Source of the DNA: a virus
Direction: 5' to 3' (one strand)
Virus record (IMG/VR): IMGVR_UViG_3300049043_000133
Coordinates: 1 to 64,000 of that record
Length of the DNA: 64,000 nt
Under the pieces are notes generated by a model. It was not told the DNA's origin. It did not search any database and saw only the letters and a program-made list of their open reading frames with translations. Shown here in pieces: positions 53,042-64,000 of this stretch (position 1 is the stretch's first letter; each line of letters starts with the position of its first letter). A program made the translations under genes and the position numbers.

Positions 53042-53173
53042 ATGACAACAGCAACGTATCGTGGTGTTAAATATAACGTCGAAGATCGTAAAATCAACGT
53101 TCTTCAACTTATCAAAGATCAAATTGAAAAAGAACAACGTCGTAAAGCGGCACAACTAGCATCACTTAGATGA
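53042..53173 (+). CDS. DUF4278-family peptide (43 aa)
   Basis: MTTATYRGVKYN...; aaggag RBS; terminator at 53180-53207. Confidence 0.8.
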   Translation: MTTATYRGVKYNVEDRKINVLQLIKDQIEKEQRRKAAQLASLR

Positions 53174-53239
53174 TACTTAGAGAGGGACTTGACTCCCTCT
53201 CTTTTTTGTCTATAATTACCTTTGTTGAGGTTGATAAAA

Positions 53240-53398
53240 ATGGATAAAGAAAAACTTAAGCTTATTGTAAAAAATCTTGAATCTTTAGTGAACTGTTTAA
53301 AATCAGAAGTTTATTCTGATACTTCCTCATATAAGTATGAAGAAATTGCTCCATATATAAATGATTACGACGAAGTATTTTATGAAGATGATGACTGA
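53240..53398 (+). CDS. Conserved cyanophage hypothetical protein
   Basis: MDKEKLKLIVKNLESLV..LKSEVYSD. Confidence 0.65.
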   Translation: MDKEKLKLIVKNLESLVNCLKSEVYSDTSSYKYEEIAPYINDYDEVFYEDDD

Positions 53399-53454
53399 TA
53401 TTACAACTGGTATTTATTTGTATAAATAATTATATAGTTTAAATAAATACCAAT

Positions 53455-53950
53455 ATGTCTAATTGGAAAATTATAAAAGAACTTGGAGTACGAACTTATT
53501 GTGGAAGAAATAGACCATACGTTATTGCAATCTGTCCTCATTGTAAAGAAGAAAAAGAAATAATGTATTATCATACAAGAAATAAATCTTGTGGATGTCT
53601 TAAAAAAGAAAGTGCTATAAAGAGGGGACAAAATCAAAGAACGGAAAATGGTCACATTAAATCTTTAATTACAAGATATAAAAAATCAGCAAAAGTAAGA
53701 AATATAGAATGGAACTTGAACTTTGATGATTTTTCTGTTATAGTAAAATCAAATTGCTTTTATTGTGGTAAAGAACCTAACTTAAGAAAGGGTAAAACTC
53801 AATACGGAAAAGTAATTCCTACAAATGGGATTGATAGAAAAATAAATTCTATTGGTTATATAAAAGAAAATTGTGTTCTATTGTATTGACTTGCAATTAA
53901 ATGAATTTATGATACGACCTAGAAGCTTTAAAACTCATATAGTGTTAAAA
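53455..53950 (+). CDS. Free-standing HNH-type endonuclease upstream of thyX (3' end error-ridden)
   Basis: CPHC, KSCGC, CFYCG, NGIDR..SIGY...NCV. Confidence 0.75.
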
Positions 53951-53980
53951 TCCATGAAAATGCTGGAAGAATTTGAATCT

Positions 53981-54685
53981 ATGAAACCTGAAGTCAAGTT
54001 TATATCTGCTACACCTGATGCAGTAAAGCATATGTATCGCAAGAGTTTCAAATCCAACAGAATGAAAACTCTACTCTTTGCAGGACTACTTAAGTATTGT
54101 ATTCAGCATCAACATTGGAGTCAATCTTTGAACAGATCTTCACTGACTGTTGAAATTAATACTACAAGAGGCATTGCAGCACAAATTTTGAGGCATCGTA
54201 GTTTTACCTTTCAAGAGTTTTCTCAACGATATGCTGATACTGGGCTTTTAAGTAAATCAATTCCTCTCCCCGAACTTCGTCGGCAAGATACTAAAAATCG
54301 TCAAAATAGTATTGATGATATCCCTGATTATTTAAAACTGGTTTTGCTTGAAGATATTCGTGTGCTTTTTGAACACTCTCAGAGCATCTACAATCGTCTT
54401 CTAGATAAGGGTGTGGCAAAAGAGTGTGCAAGGTTTGTACTGCCCTTAGCAACTCCCACAAGACTGTATATGACGGGTTCTGTGCGTTCTTGGATTCATT
54501 ATATTGATTTGCGTTCAGCACACGGAACTCAAAAAGAACATATGGAGATTGCAGAAGCAATTCGTTGTATCTTTACCTGCCAGTTTCCTGCTGTATCTGA
54601 AGCACTTGGATGGACTAGAGAAACTGTCCAGAGTGTATGGATGCCCCATCTATCACTCTCGAATAAATATTTCCGTTATAATTGA
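53981..54685 (+). CDS. thyX: FAD-dependent thymidylate synthase
   Basis: QILRHRSFTFQEFSQRY; ECARFVLP; TQKEH. Confidence 0.93.
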   Translation: MKPEVKFISATPDAVKHMYRKSFKSNRMKTLLFAGLLKYCIQHQHWSQSLNRSSLTVEINTTRGIAAQILRHRSFTFQEFSQRYADTGLLSKSIPLPELRRQDTKNRQNSIDDIPDYLKLVLLEDIRVLFEHSQSIYNRLLDKGVAKECARFVLPLATPTRLYMTGSVRSWIHYIDLRSAHGTQKEHMEIAEAIRCIFTCQFPAVSEALGWTRETVQSVWMPHLSLSNKYFRYN

Positions 54686-54691
54686 TATTAC

Positions 54692-54941
54692 ATGGCAACA
54701 TACCCTGTTTACAATAAAGTTACTGGTGAACAAAAAGAAGTGACAATGAGTGTTCACGATTGGGAACAATGGAAAAAAGACAATACTGATTGGGATAGAG
54801 ACTGGAGTGATCCTTCAACTTGTCCTTCTGCTGCTGAGGTTGGAGAAGTTTACTGATAGACTTAAAAAATCTCATCCTGGATGGAACGAAATTTTACACA
54901 AAGCATCAAAGGCTCCTGGATCCAAAGTAAAACCCGTTTAG
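54692..54941 (+). CDS. Conserved hypothetical protein (FmdB-like; frameshift)
   Basis: MATYPVYNKVTGEQKE...PGWNEIL.K..KAPGS. Confidence 0.6.
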
Positions 54942-54947
54942 AAAGAA

Positions 54948-55703
54948 ATGCCAAGAAAAAGAAATCAACCAGCATCTCCAGTTCCTTTCGGTATGAGCAA
55001 TAAGCAAATGAAACGCAAAAAACCAATTAATTTAGATTTGATGAGAGACATTGAACCTCTCACTGATAATCAAGAAGAATTTTTTAGATCTTACCGATTG
55101 GATAAAAACATTGTTGCTTATGGATGTGCAGGAACTGGTAAGACCTTTATTGCTCTTTATAATGCTCTTCAGGACGTTTTAGATGAAAAGTCCCCCTATG
55201 AAAAGATTTACATTGTTCGTTCATTAGTTGCTACAAGAGAGATTGGTTTCCTTCCTGGAGATCACGAAGATAAATCTTCACTTTACCAAATTCCATATAA
55301 GAATATGGTAAAGTATATGTTTGAGATGCCAGACGATTCCAGTTTTGAGATGCTGTATGGTAATCTTAAAACTCAAGGTACGATTAGTTTTTGGAGCACA
55401 TCATTCATTCGTGGAACAACTTTAGATAATTCAATTATCATCGTAGATGAATTTCAAAACTTGAATTTTCATGAACTTGATAGTATCATTACTCGTGTAG
55501 GAGAAAATAGTAAAATTATATTCTGTGGAGATGCAACACAATCTGATTTGATCAGAACAAATGAGAAGAATGGCATCGTTGATTTTATGAGAGTTCTTCG
55601 TATCATGCCTTCAATTGATATTATTGAGTTTGGTGTTGATGATATTGTAAGAAGTGGTTTAGTTAAAGAGTATATTCTTGCAAAAATGGAAGTGGGTGTA
55701 TGA
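54948..55703 (+). CDS. phoH: PhoH-family ATPase
   Basis: GCAGTGKT, IGFLPG, RGTT, DEFQN, GD..QSDL. Confidence 0.95.
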   Translation: MPRKRNQPASPVPFGMSNKQMKRKKPINLDLMRDIEPLTDNQEEFFRSYRLDKNIVAYGCAGTGKTFIALYNALQDVLDEKSPYEKIYIVRSLVATREIGFLPGDHEDKSSLYQIPYKNMVKYMFEMPDDSSFEMLYGNLKTQGTISFWSTSFIRGTTLDNSIIIVDEFQNLNFHELDSIITRVGENSKIIFCGDATQSDLIRTNEKNGIVDFMRVLRIMPSIDIIEFGVDDIVRSGLVKEYILAKMEVGV

Positions 55704-56379
55704 GTTTTATTCATCATAATTTTTTAGGTGAGCTTGAATTAGAAAAGAAAGAGCAGAACGGCATCCGTCTCTATAATCTTCCCAATGGAGATTGGGTGCC
55801 TTCTATTACATCAGTTACCTCCTTTTATAATCGTCAAATCTTTGCGGATTGGAGAAAACGTAAAGGACTTGAAGAAGCAAATCGTATCACTAAAAGAGCA
55901 ACAGCACGAGGAACTGATTTCCACCAAGTTTGTCAGGACTATCTTGAAAATAAAGAACTGAACTGGGATGATTATCAACCCCTAACAAAGTTTATGTTTT
56001 ATCACCTCAAACCAGAACTTGATAAAATAAATAATATTCATGCAATTGAAAGAACTTTATATTCACAGTACTACGGACTTGCGGCCGAGTTGATTGTATT
56101 GCAGAATACGAAGGAGAACTTGCTGTTATTGACTTCAAAACTTCAGATAAAATCAAACCAGAAGAGTGGATTGAAAACTATTTCGTTCAAGAAATGTTTT
56201 ATGCTGCTGCTTATTATGAGCTCACTGAAAAACCTATTAAAAAATTAATTACATTGATGGTCACTCCTGGCGGAGAAGTTAAAGTATTTGACAAAAGAAA
56301 CAAAGGGGATTATATTAAGTTATTAGTCCGATATATCAAAGAATTTGTACATCACAATACTGGGTCAGATGGAAAATGA
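55700..56379 (+). CDS. PD-(D/E)XK exonuclease (frameshift ~56085)
   Basis: PSITSV, RGTDFH, IERTL, and IDFKTS in the shifted frame. Confidence 0.85.
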
Positions 56380-56626
56380 ATTAGAGAAAGCATTAGAAGA
56401 TAAGTTCTTTTGTCCATCAAAGTTTGCACAAGAAATTGAATCTCTTGTTCATACAAATGAGGATATGAACTATATTGATGCCATTATTCATTTCTGCGAA
56501 AAGAATAGCATTGATGTTGAGTCTGTTCCTAAGTTGATTTCCAAACCATTGAAAGAAAAAATTAAGTATGAAGCAATGGAACTTAATTTCCTTAAAAAAA
56601 CTTCCCGTGCTAAATTAGTATTTTGA
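56369..56626 (+). CDS. gp33: Late transcription coactivator
   Basis: FAQEIE...YIDAI...KLISKPLKEKIKYEA.ELN. Confidence 0.88.
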   Translation: MENELEKALEDKFFCPSKFAQEIESLVHTNEDMNYIDAIIHFCEKNSIDVESVPKLISKPLKEKIKYEAMELNFLKKTSRAKLVF

Positions 56627-57223
56627 ATGATGCCTTTTGATGCATATCGTGAATATCTTGCTCTAAAGAATCACTTTACAAAAGATAGTTATGACTACTT
56701 TAAGTATTGTGGTAAAAGTCGTGCAACGGTTCAATCTTTTTACAAACGTCGTGACAGATTTTGGTTTGAAAAAATTGCAAGGCAAAAAACAGATCAAGAA
56801 GTTGTAGATTTTTTTGTATCTAACTTTATTACCTGCACAGATCCAAGTAAACTTTGGATTGGAGAAATGATACGAGAAGGTGATCAAAGATACGAAGAAT
56901 GGAAGAAAAAAAATCAATCACTTTCTTATATTTTTAAACAAGAAACTCAAAGTTTATTTGAGGGTAAAAAAGTTGATGAAGTTTTTAAATGCTCTAAAGG
57001 ACATCCTCTAATACTTAAAAACTTTTTGAGTGGAAATATAAGTCTAGAAACCCTAGTGATTTATGATAAAATATTTTTGTTTGGAAAGAATTTTGATAAG
57101 AAACTTCAAGATCCTGTGTGGGAATCTGTAAGTATGAAAATGAAAAAGTATTCTCCTTTCATACATATAGATGTACAACGTTATAAAAGTATTTTAAAAG
57201 AAATTATTTTGGGGGATCGATGA
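56627..57223 (+). CDS. gp59: Helicase loader
   Basis: YLALKNHF...YDYFKY.GK; ISLETL; synteny. Confidence 0.85.
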   Translation: MMPFDAYREYLALKNHFTKDSYDYFKYCGKSRATVQSFYKRRDRFWFEKIARQKTDQEVVDFFVSNFITCTDPSKLWIGEMIREGDQRYEEWKKKNQSLSYIFKQETQSLFEGKKVDEVFKCSKGHPLILKNFLSGNISLETLVIYDKIFLFGKNFDKKLQDPVWESVSMKMKKYSPFIHIDVQRYKSILKEIILGDR

Positions 57224-57565
57224 GTTTTTTTAAATCTGAAGTCGTCCGTGCTGAGATGGCAGAAATTAGTGAATTGCAAGAGGACGTTTATCAAAATGTC
57301 TTTAAGTTCTCCACGATGTCAAAAGAAGAACAACTTAATCATGTAAAAACTCTTGAAAAACTTCTTGAAAAACAAAAAGTTCTTTACACCAGATTAAGTT
57401 TATCTGATGATCCTGAAGCAGTTGCAATGAAAGAAAAAATTTCTGAATCTGCACTCAATGATGGGACTTCCCCAAAATGTGGATATGAATGTTATTTTTA
57501 ATAATATGTCAAGAATGTTGGATATTATGAAAGAACAAATTGACAAGACAGGTTCCGACCTGTAG
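57220..57565 (+). CDS. DUF1825-like protein (frameshift)
   Basis: MSFFKSEVV...RLSLSDDPEA. Confidence 0.6.
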
Positions 57566-57614
57566 AATAACGAAGTACACAAAAGCCAAATCCGTACAAA
57601 TACGAGGTAATCTA

Positions 57615-58550
57615 ATGTCTTTTAAAGATCTTAAGAAACAGTCTTCTCTTGGTTCCCTGACTCAAAAACTGGTGAAGGAAGTAGAGAAGATGAGTACAAC
57701 TTCTGGGGGTGCTGATGAGCGTCTCTGGAAACCTGAAATGGACAAAACTGGTAATGGTTTTGCAGTCATTCGTTTTCTTCCTGCTCCTGAAGGTGAAGAA
57801 CTTCCCTGGGCAAAAATGTATTCTCACGCATTCCAAGGTCCTGGTGGATGGTATATTGAGAACAGTCTGACTACAATTGGTCAGAAAGATCCTCTTGGAG
57901 AATATAATCGTGAACTATGGAACAGTGGAACTGAAACGAATAAGGAAACTGTTCGTAAGCAGAAGCGTAAACTGTCCTACTATAGTAACATCTATGTTGT
58001 GAAGGATCCCACTAATCCTCAAAACGAAGGTAAAGTCTTTCTGTTTAAGTATGGAAAGAAAATCTTTGATAAGATTATGGAAGCGATGCAACCTGAATTT
58101 GAGGATGAAACTCCTATCAATCCTTTTGATTTCTGGCAAGGTGCAAACTTCAAACTGAAGATTGTGAAGAAGGATGGTTATTGGAACTATGATAAGTCTG
58201 AGTTTGGTTCTGTAGAACCTCTGCTGGACGATGATGATGCCCTGGAAGCAATCTGGAAGAAAGAGTATTCTCTTGCTGCTGTGACTGCTCCTGATCAATT
58301 CAAGTCCTATGATGAACTTGAAAAGCGTCTGAAGTATGTTCTTGGGCAAAAAGGTTCTTCTCGTTCTTCTGTTGAAGAAGAAACTGAGTATGATGATTAC
58401 TCTGAGAACAATGTTGAGAGTACTGTTGTAAAAGAACTTGAAGAGTCTTACGCTCGTTCTAAGTCCCCTTCACTTCCAGTTGTTACAAAAGAAGTTGATG
58501 ACGATGAGGATGATGCTCTTGCATACTTCTCTCGTCTCGCAGAAGAGTGA
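57615..58550 (+). CDS. gp32: Single-stranded DNA-binding protein
   Basis: GNGFAVIRFLP, WYIENSL, YGKKIFDKI, acidic tail. Confidence 0.96.
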   Translation: MSFKDLKKQSSLGSLTQKLVKEVEKMSTTSGGADERLWKPEMDKTGNGFAVIRFLPAPEGEELPWAKMYSHAFQGPGGWYIENSLTTIGQKDPLGEYNRELWNSGTETNKETVRKQKRKLSYYSNIYVVKDPTNPQNEGKVFLFKYGKKIFDKIMEAMQPEFEDETPINPFDFWQGANFKLKIVKKDGYWNYDKSEFGSVEPLLDDDDALEAIWKKEYSLAAVTAPDQFKSYDELEKRLKYVLGQKGSSRSSVEEETEYDDYSENNVESTVVKELEESYARSKSPSLPVVTKEVDDDEDDALAYFSRLAEE

Positions 58551-59218
58551 TTAAGAATATAGTTTAATATTATCTGCTCTTTTCAGGTCCTCACTAACAT
58601 ACTGTGAGGACCCTTTTTATATGGCATAATATCTTCCATATCATTGAGAACAATATTTAAGTATTGTGATTTAAGGAGAAAGATATTTCTCTTATCATTC
58701 TCTAATTTTTCTTCATACTCATAGTTGGTAACGGGAGACTGCAATATTTCCTGTATCAATTTGCTGATCTATAAAGTAATCATAAAAACTTACAGAATAA
58801 CTTGAAGGAACTTGCAATTCAGATGGAACAATTACAACACCTTGACTGTTTTTGACTTCTACTGTTTCGTAATGATGAATGCCACCATACAAGGTATCAT
58901 AGTTTCCATACTTTGATAGCATTAGATCATCAAATTGTTGTTGGGGTAATGGCCATTCTGTTTGAATATTAACAATATTATTACAAAGAAGAACTAACCA
59001 ATCAAGTGTAGAATCGTTATAAACTTCATAAGCAACATTATCTGGACGATCATTACCTTTGATTTGATATTTGGTGAAGAATGCTAAGTCTTGAAAAATA
59101 TCCTCTCTAAGTTTTCCTTTTTAAATAAGTTTTTAAGTGGAGCATAGTCTCCAATCTTAGAGTTTGGAAGTCTGCTAACGTATTCGAAGTTTGGAACTTG
59201 GCGGAAGTAACTTGGCAT
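58551..59218 (-). CDS. gp53: Baseplate wedge protein (frameshifts)
   Basis: MPSYFRQVPNFEY...RPDNVA...DWLVLL.NNI...HHYET. Confidence 0.8.
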
Positions 59219-59219
59219 T

Positions 59220-60563
59220 TTAGTATCCTATAAAATTGTCTTTATCTGTATCAAGTTCACTATAATCATCGTCATAAATTGGTTCAAGTTCTTGGAATGT
59301 TAAATCAAGTTGATAGGAGACCATTGCCCCATCTTTGAAAGACATATAGGTCCCTTCTGGAGTGTAATTTACATTACAATTTGTCAAGGCACACTCTTTA
59401 AATTTATTTAAGTATGGATGACTTTTATCTCTTAAAAATATAAGAAATTGCAAAAGTATGAGGTGTCTGTAATAAAAATGAAGAAGCAGATCTTTTTACT
59501 GACATTGATTGCTTAAATGCTCTGATAATTTTTTTAACTACTTTTGCCTCTTCGCCTGAACGTGGTGATAATCTAAAACTAAAAGAAAATTGACGAAGAT
59601 CTGGAGAATTGAAAAGTAATTCTAAGTTTGGATTGATTATGGCACCAAATTGTCTTTGCATTAATCCTTCTGCACCAATAGCACCTTCTGCCAATTTTCC
59701 AATTATTGCAGTTCTAACTCCACTAGTCTCTTTTGCCAGCTGCTGTTGTTTGACGTTTAAATTCGGCACCAATATCTCCTCCGGTTATTCCTGTCAGTAA
59801 ATAATTTCCCCAATGCTTGATCTAAATCAGATAATTTTAAATCTGACCAACTTACTCGATTCTATCAGATATTCCTCCAGGAATTGGTAATACTATAGTT
59901 CCTATTCTTTGTCTATCTTTAATACCTGGTTTTTTATCTTCTATAATTACTCTACGCAGATCTCTATTTCCCTGTCCAAATCCTTTGAGACCTGATTGTT
60001 GATACTTTATAATTGAAAATTTAATACAATCTTGGTATTCACGATTTGTAACTCCAATCTGGATATGACAATCGTGAGTGTTCTAATCCGTAATTGTCTC
60101 TTGACTTTATTGTCTTTAAATCCTTATTGATAAAATTAAGTTGTGTTTCATCTAATGCACCTTGGAAGTCGTTTCCAGTTCCTGTTGCATGCTACTTTTC
60201 CAAGTTGCTAATTGGTTAATTGTTTGTCTGGTAGTATCCTGCTTAATTTTGCGTCTATATTTGCTGCGATTTTGTGTTGTTGATTTAATATTACCATCGG
60301 ATTTATAGTGAAGCAAGCTTGATCTGAATTGTATTATTGACTTTTGCTTTGAATCTATTCTGAATTCAAGTTTTCCACCATCAGTTGATGTTGCCAATGC
60401 TCTTGGTGTTGATACAGTTCCTCCAGATACTGTGTCTTGTACAAGTTAATTTGATGATTCAAGTTCCATTTCTACTATTGCATTTAGTATCTATTAATGT
60501 TGTTACTTTTAGTATTAAGTGTCTTTGTCAATGTAGTAATTTACTTATATTTGCATCCATCAT
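59220..60563 (-). CDS. gp48: Baseplate tail-tube cap (5' half error-ridden)
   Basis: NPNLELLF..P.LRQFSF; CALT...VNYTP; FQELEPIY. Confidence 0.75.
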
Positions 60564-60662
60564 GATTGTCCATTATTGACTGCGCATCAAACTCTCTCCT
60601 CATTTACAAGAAGATTACTCATCTCAATTTTTTGTAGAGTGTGAGACATTGATAAGGAGTTT

Positions 60663-61055
60663 TTATTTATTTAGACGAAATTTTCCATACTGTAAAGCAA
60701 TCAATTCATCAAGTTCTTCGTACTTAACAACGTGAAGTTGTCCTGCTACTTCTTCCCAGGTGTAATTTCTATACTTTCTCCAGTGAAAATTAATACCTCT
60801 AAATCCCCATCTTTGAATTTCGGTACAGGCAATTAATGGATGTTGATCATATTCTATTCCTGGTGTTTTTGCATTATAGACAAATGTATAATACTTTCCA
60901 ACTTCAGGTGTCCAAGTTTTTTCTATAAAGATCTCCATAATCAATATCATAATTTCTTCGGGATCTTTAATATTACCTTTACTAATTTGTCGTTTAAGTT
61001 CTCTAACTTTTGCTGTTGATCCGGTTTGAATATATTGACCAAAACCTTCTGCCAT
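60663..61055 (-). CDS. gp2: DNA end protector protein
   Basis: GKYYTFVY.AKT...YDQHPL...GFRGINFH; synteny. Confidence 0.75.
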   Translation of the reverse strand: MAEGFGQYIQTGSTAKVRELKRQISKGNIKDPEEIMILIMEIFIEKTWTPEVGKYYTFVYNAKTPGIEYDQHPLIACTEIQRWGFRGINFHWRKYRNYTWEEVAGQLHVVKYEELDELIALQYGKFRLNK

Positions 61056-61508
61056 TATTTGATACCTAATTCTTTTTCTGTGATCACAATAAACTCAAGC
61101 ATTCTATCTGCACACCATTCCTTTGCTGCTTTCCACTTTGATTGATTCACTGCATAAGTATTCACTTCATTAATATATGTTTTAGTTTTCCTTTTTCCCT
61201 GAACAGGTGGAACTGTTTGTCTCTTTCTGGTTTTATTTCTATTACATACTTTTGAACTTTATTGTTACTTTCAAGAACTTCAATAATAAAGTCTGGAAAA
61301 TATCTACATATTTTTTGTTTTACTGGATTAAAATAAGGGATGCAAAATTCTTCGGATCCATATCTTAATATATTTGGAGGATCTATCACACCATTGCATA
61401 AACTTTAGTTCCCAACTACTTCTGTACACTATGTTTTGTGGGTTTCCAATATATTTTCTGAATTTCTTGGGTAAAAAATCCTTGATGATATTTTGAATCA
61501 CGTGGCAT
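61055..61508 (-). CDS. gp4: Head completion nuclease (frameshifts)
   Basis: KYIGNP.NIVYRSSWE, SEE..IPY, RYFPDF, IEIKP, NQSKW.AA. Confidence 0.88.
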
Positions 61509-62066
61509 TTTTCCAACCTTTATGTGATTTATTTCTTCCAGATACAACGTGCTGTAAGCATCCAATACTTAAATCATTATCCTTAGCAAATTTAGTCAGA
61601 TTTTTTATTTTTATAATTTCACCTTGAGGGGAAATTAATTTATACTCTTTACTATTTTTTCTGATAATTTTTGTTTCGTTGTTCCAGGGAATATTTTCCC
61701 TTAGTGGGTTTTCGTTGTTTTTAAACCACTCTTTTTTCTTTTTCACTTTGTTTTAATTTTGATTCTTCAGAGTGAGTTTTTCCCCACATTGGGTTCAATT
61801 TACCAAATCTTGTACTACCATACATTCCGTTTTTTTCTTTATAATTAGCACGACTCACTCTGAAAAGTATTATCTTTACAAAGTTCTAATGTTATTTGTC
61901 TTAATTTTCTTTAGTTTCTTCTGAATGTTTTTTGCCATAAAAAGGATTTAATTCTCCTTCATATCCAGAAACACCCTCATATTCTTCATAGATAATTTCT
62001 GAAGGTATGCTTAATGTTGAAAGTATCGTTTAATTTTTTTGTATTAAATTTGATAATTTTTTTCAT
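61498..62066 (-). CDS. NUMOD3/NUMOD1-containing homing-endonuclease-like protein
   Basis: NPFYGKKHSEET and NPMWGKTHSEES repeats; C-terminal NLTKFAK...HKGW. Confidence 0.7.
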
Positions 62067-62152
62067 TATGAATTAATTATTCAATATTATTTATAATACT
62101 TTTTGCCATTATCCTGAATACATAACATATAACAGTCAAAAAGTATTTATAG

Positions 62153-63015
62153 ATGCCTAGTAACGTCTCTAGCGCCAAAAAAACGATCAGTATCTGATAT
62201 TAAAGCGGCACTTTTAAATCCATCTACAACTTCTCATTTTGAAGTATTTGTTAATCTTCCAAAAAAACTTACTACTGGTGGGTATCTAAACTGATAGTGG
62301 CATTAACTTAAATCCAGTAAATTATGATAGACTTAATTTAATGTGCTGTGAAGCAACTCTTCCTGGTTCTAACTTACTACGTTAGAAATTACGGGAGATT
62401 ATACAGGTGTAACCGAAAGGCACGCATATAGAAGAGTTTATGATGATCGTATTGATTTAACTTTTTATGTTGACGCTGAAGTATCACTTGCCAATTAGAG
62501 TATTTGAAACTCGGATGGAAATACATTGCCCAAGAAGCAAGTGAAGCACCCCAACCAGACAAAGGAAATATAACTTCTAGAATATTCAAACTATTTTTAT
62601 AGATTTCAGTATCCAGATGAATATATGGCAGAAGGTTTGTCTGTAACTAAATTTGAAAGAAGCACTTATGCAGATGTGGGGGAAGTAAGTGCAAGTACCT
62701 TAGTTTATGACTTTTATAAGAACATACCCCATTTCAATTACATCAATGCCTGTTTCTTATGAGTCTTCTTCTTTATTAAAATGCACTGTATCGATGACTT
62801 ATATCAGATACCTTGTAAATAAAACTGCCGATGTCATGTCAGGTCCAACTGAAGGGACTACTACATCAACCCCCGTTGAACAATCATATTGGAACAGTAC
62901 TCCCAGTTATTTCTTAAATCCTCAATTTGGAGTACAAGCCCTCAGAGGAACAACAAAAGAGACAAACGAATATTATAATAACTTTGGAAGAAGTGAACAA
63001 GATGCTACTAAATAG
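62153..63015 (+). CDS. gp54: Baseplate/tail-tube initiator (frameshifts)
   Basis: LMCCEATLPGS, RRVYDD.I.LTFYVD, YPISI.SMPVSY..S.LLKCTV. Confidence 0.7.
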
Positions 63016-63213
63016 TGTCAACTTCTTCAATGGTAGAAATGTTGATAAGGGTGTATTAGGTGCATCTGGTTTTGCATAAAAAAGAGGATCCGAAGACCCA
63101 CTTTTAGTTTGGAAACAAATCATTAGCATTTTCTGTTTTTACTGCTTGATCCAAAATTGCAACTGCCAGTATTGTGCAACTTGCAAAAGTAAAATATAAT
63201 AATACAATAATTC

Positions 63214-63462
63214 CTAGAAATTTAAATATTTTTTTATCATCTTTCTGACACATACCAAGATACCGGCAATAGCAATTATATTACCAAGTAAAAACCAAGT
63301 TCCTTCTGCTGCTATATTTGTTCTATGACGCATTTCTGCATTTTGTGCTCCGTTTTGGACAGCATTTTCTAAATGAACCATATCCCTTGTGGTCTCATAT
63401 GCAACATATGATGATCCAAGAATACCATAAAGAAAAACTAGACTAAAGAAAAATCGACGCAT
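63214..63462 (-). CDS. Small two-TM membrane protein
   Basis: 82 aa with hydrophobic ends, antisense within the baseplate cluster. Confidence 0.55.
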   Translation of the reverse strand: MRRFFFSLVFLYGILGSSYVAYETTRDMVHLENAVQNGAQNAEMRHRTNIAAEGTWFLLGNIIAIAGILVCVRKMIKKYLNF

Positions 63463-63579
63463 TGATTTTATTGCTTACTTTATTAGTATAGTCCAAAATT
63501 TTATTTGCATTGCTATAGAGGATACTTTTCCATCCGTCCATCCCCCATAAATAATCACACTGAACTTTTATAGGACATT

Positions 63580-64000
63580 ATGCCTTTACCAAAGATTGCT
63601 ACGCCAACTTATGAACTTGGAGTTGCCTTCAACTGGAAAAACAATTCAATACAGACCATTCCTTGTAAAAGAAGAAAAACTTTTAGTCATTGCTTTAGAA
63701 AGTGAAGATACCAAACAAATCACAACGGCAATCAAAACAGTTATCAAAAATTGTATTCTTACTAAAAGTATTAAAGTAGAAACACTTACCTACTTTTGAT
63801 ATTGAATTCTTGTTTTTGAATATTAGAGGCAAGTCTGTTGGGGAAGAACTGGAAGTCAATATCATTTGCCCTGATGATGGTGAAACTCAAGTTCCAGTGA
63901 AGATTAATCTTGATGATATTCAAGTTCAAAAGAACGAAGACCATACAAACAGTATTAAAGTTGATGCATAATATTATGATGGAAATGAAGTATCCATCAT
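63580..64000 (+). CDS. gp26: Baseplate hub subunit (3' partial)
   Basis: MPLPKIATPTYELELPSTG..YRPFLVKEEK...FLNIRGKSVGE...CPDD. Confidence 0.9.

Noticed and set aside
55700-56379. Cas4-like nuclease as a CRISPR component
   Set aside because: This is the standard cyanophage exonuclease between phoH and gp33; no array is present.

Overview
This 64 kb window is from a T4-like cyanomyovirus (Kyanoviridae-type, probably freshwater). The sequence is an error-prone, long-read-like consensus: many homopolymer or indel frameshifts split genes that are probably intact. Order of contents: (1) gp43 DNA polymerase C-terminal part, with a duplicated split-allele/HNH cassette; (2) uvsX, a 2OG-Fe(II) oxygenase, gp41 and mazG; (3) a late block of low-complexity proteins with a cytidyltransferase-fold and a HAD domain; (4) primase and nrdAB; (5) GIY-YIG, rlpA, Hc1-like and Dps genes within a tRNA array; (6) an ~18 kb, 23-gene sugar-nucleotide/glycosyltransferase island ending at an SLH outer-membrane protein; (7) hli genes and lysis enzymes; (8) psbA with two group I introns, each carrying an HNH gene; (9) glutaredoxin, speD, glutamine riboswitches with DUF4278, HNH, thyX, phoH, exonuclease, gp33, gp59 and gp32; (10) gp53, gp48, gp2, gp4, gp54 and gp26. 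The most unusual signals are whole ORFs nested inside stems of structured RNAs (glutamine riboswitch and manA/wcaG-like RNA), a split-polymerase cassette bounded by a ~51 bp direct repeat, the twin psbA introns, a UAU-anticodon tRNA-like element with a long variable arm, and a late-promoter-in-hairpin design shared by several homing endonucleases. All family assignments come from motif recognition, not database searches.
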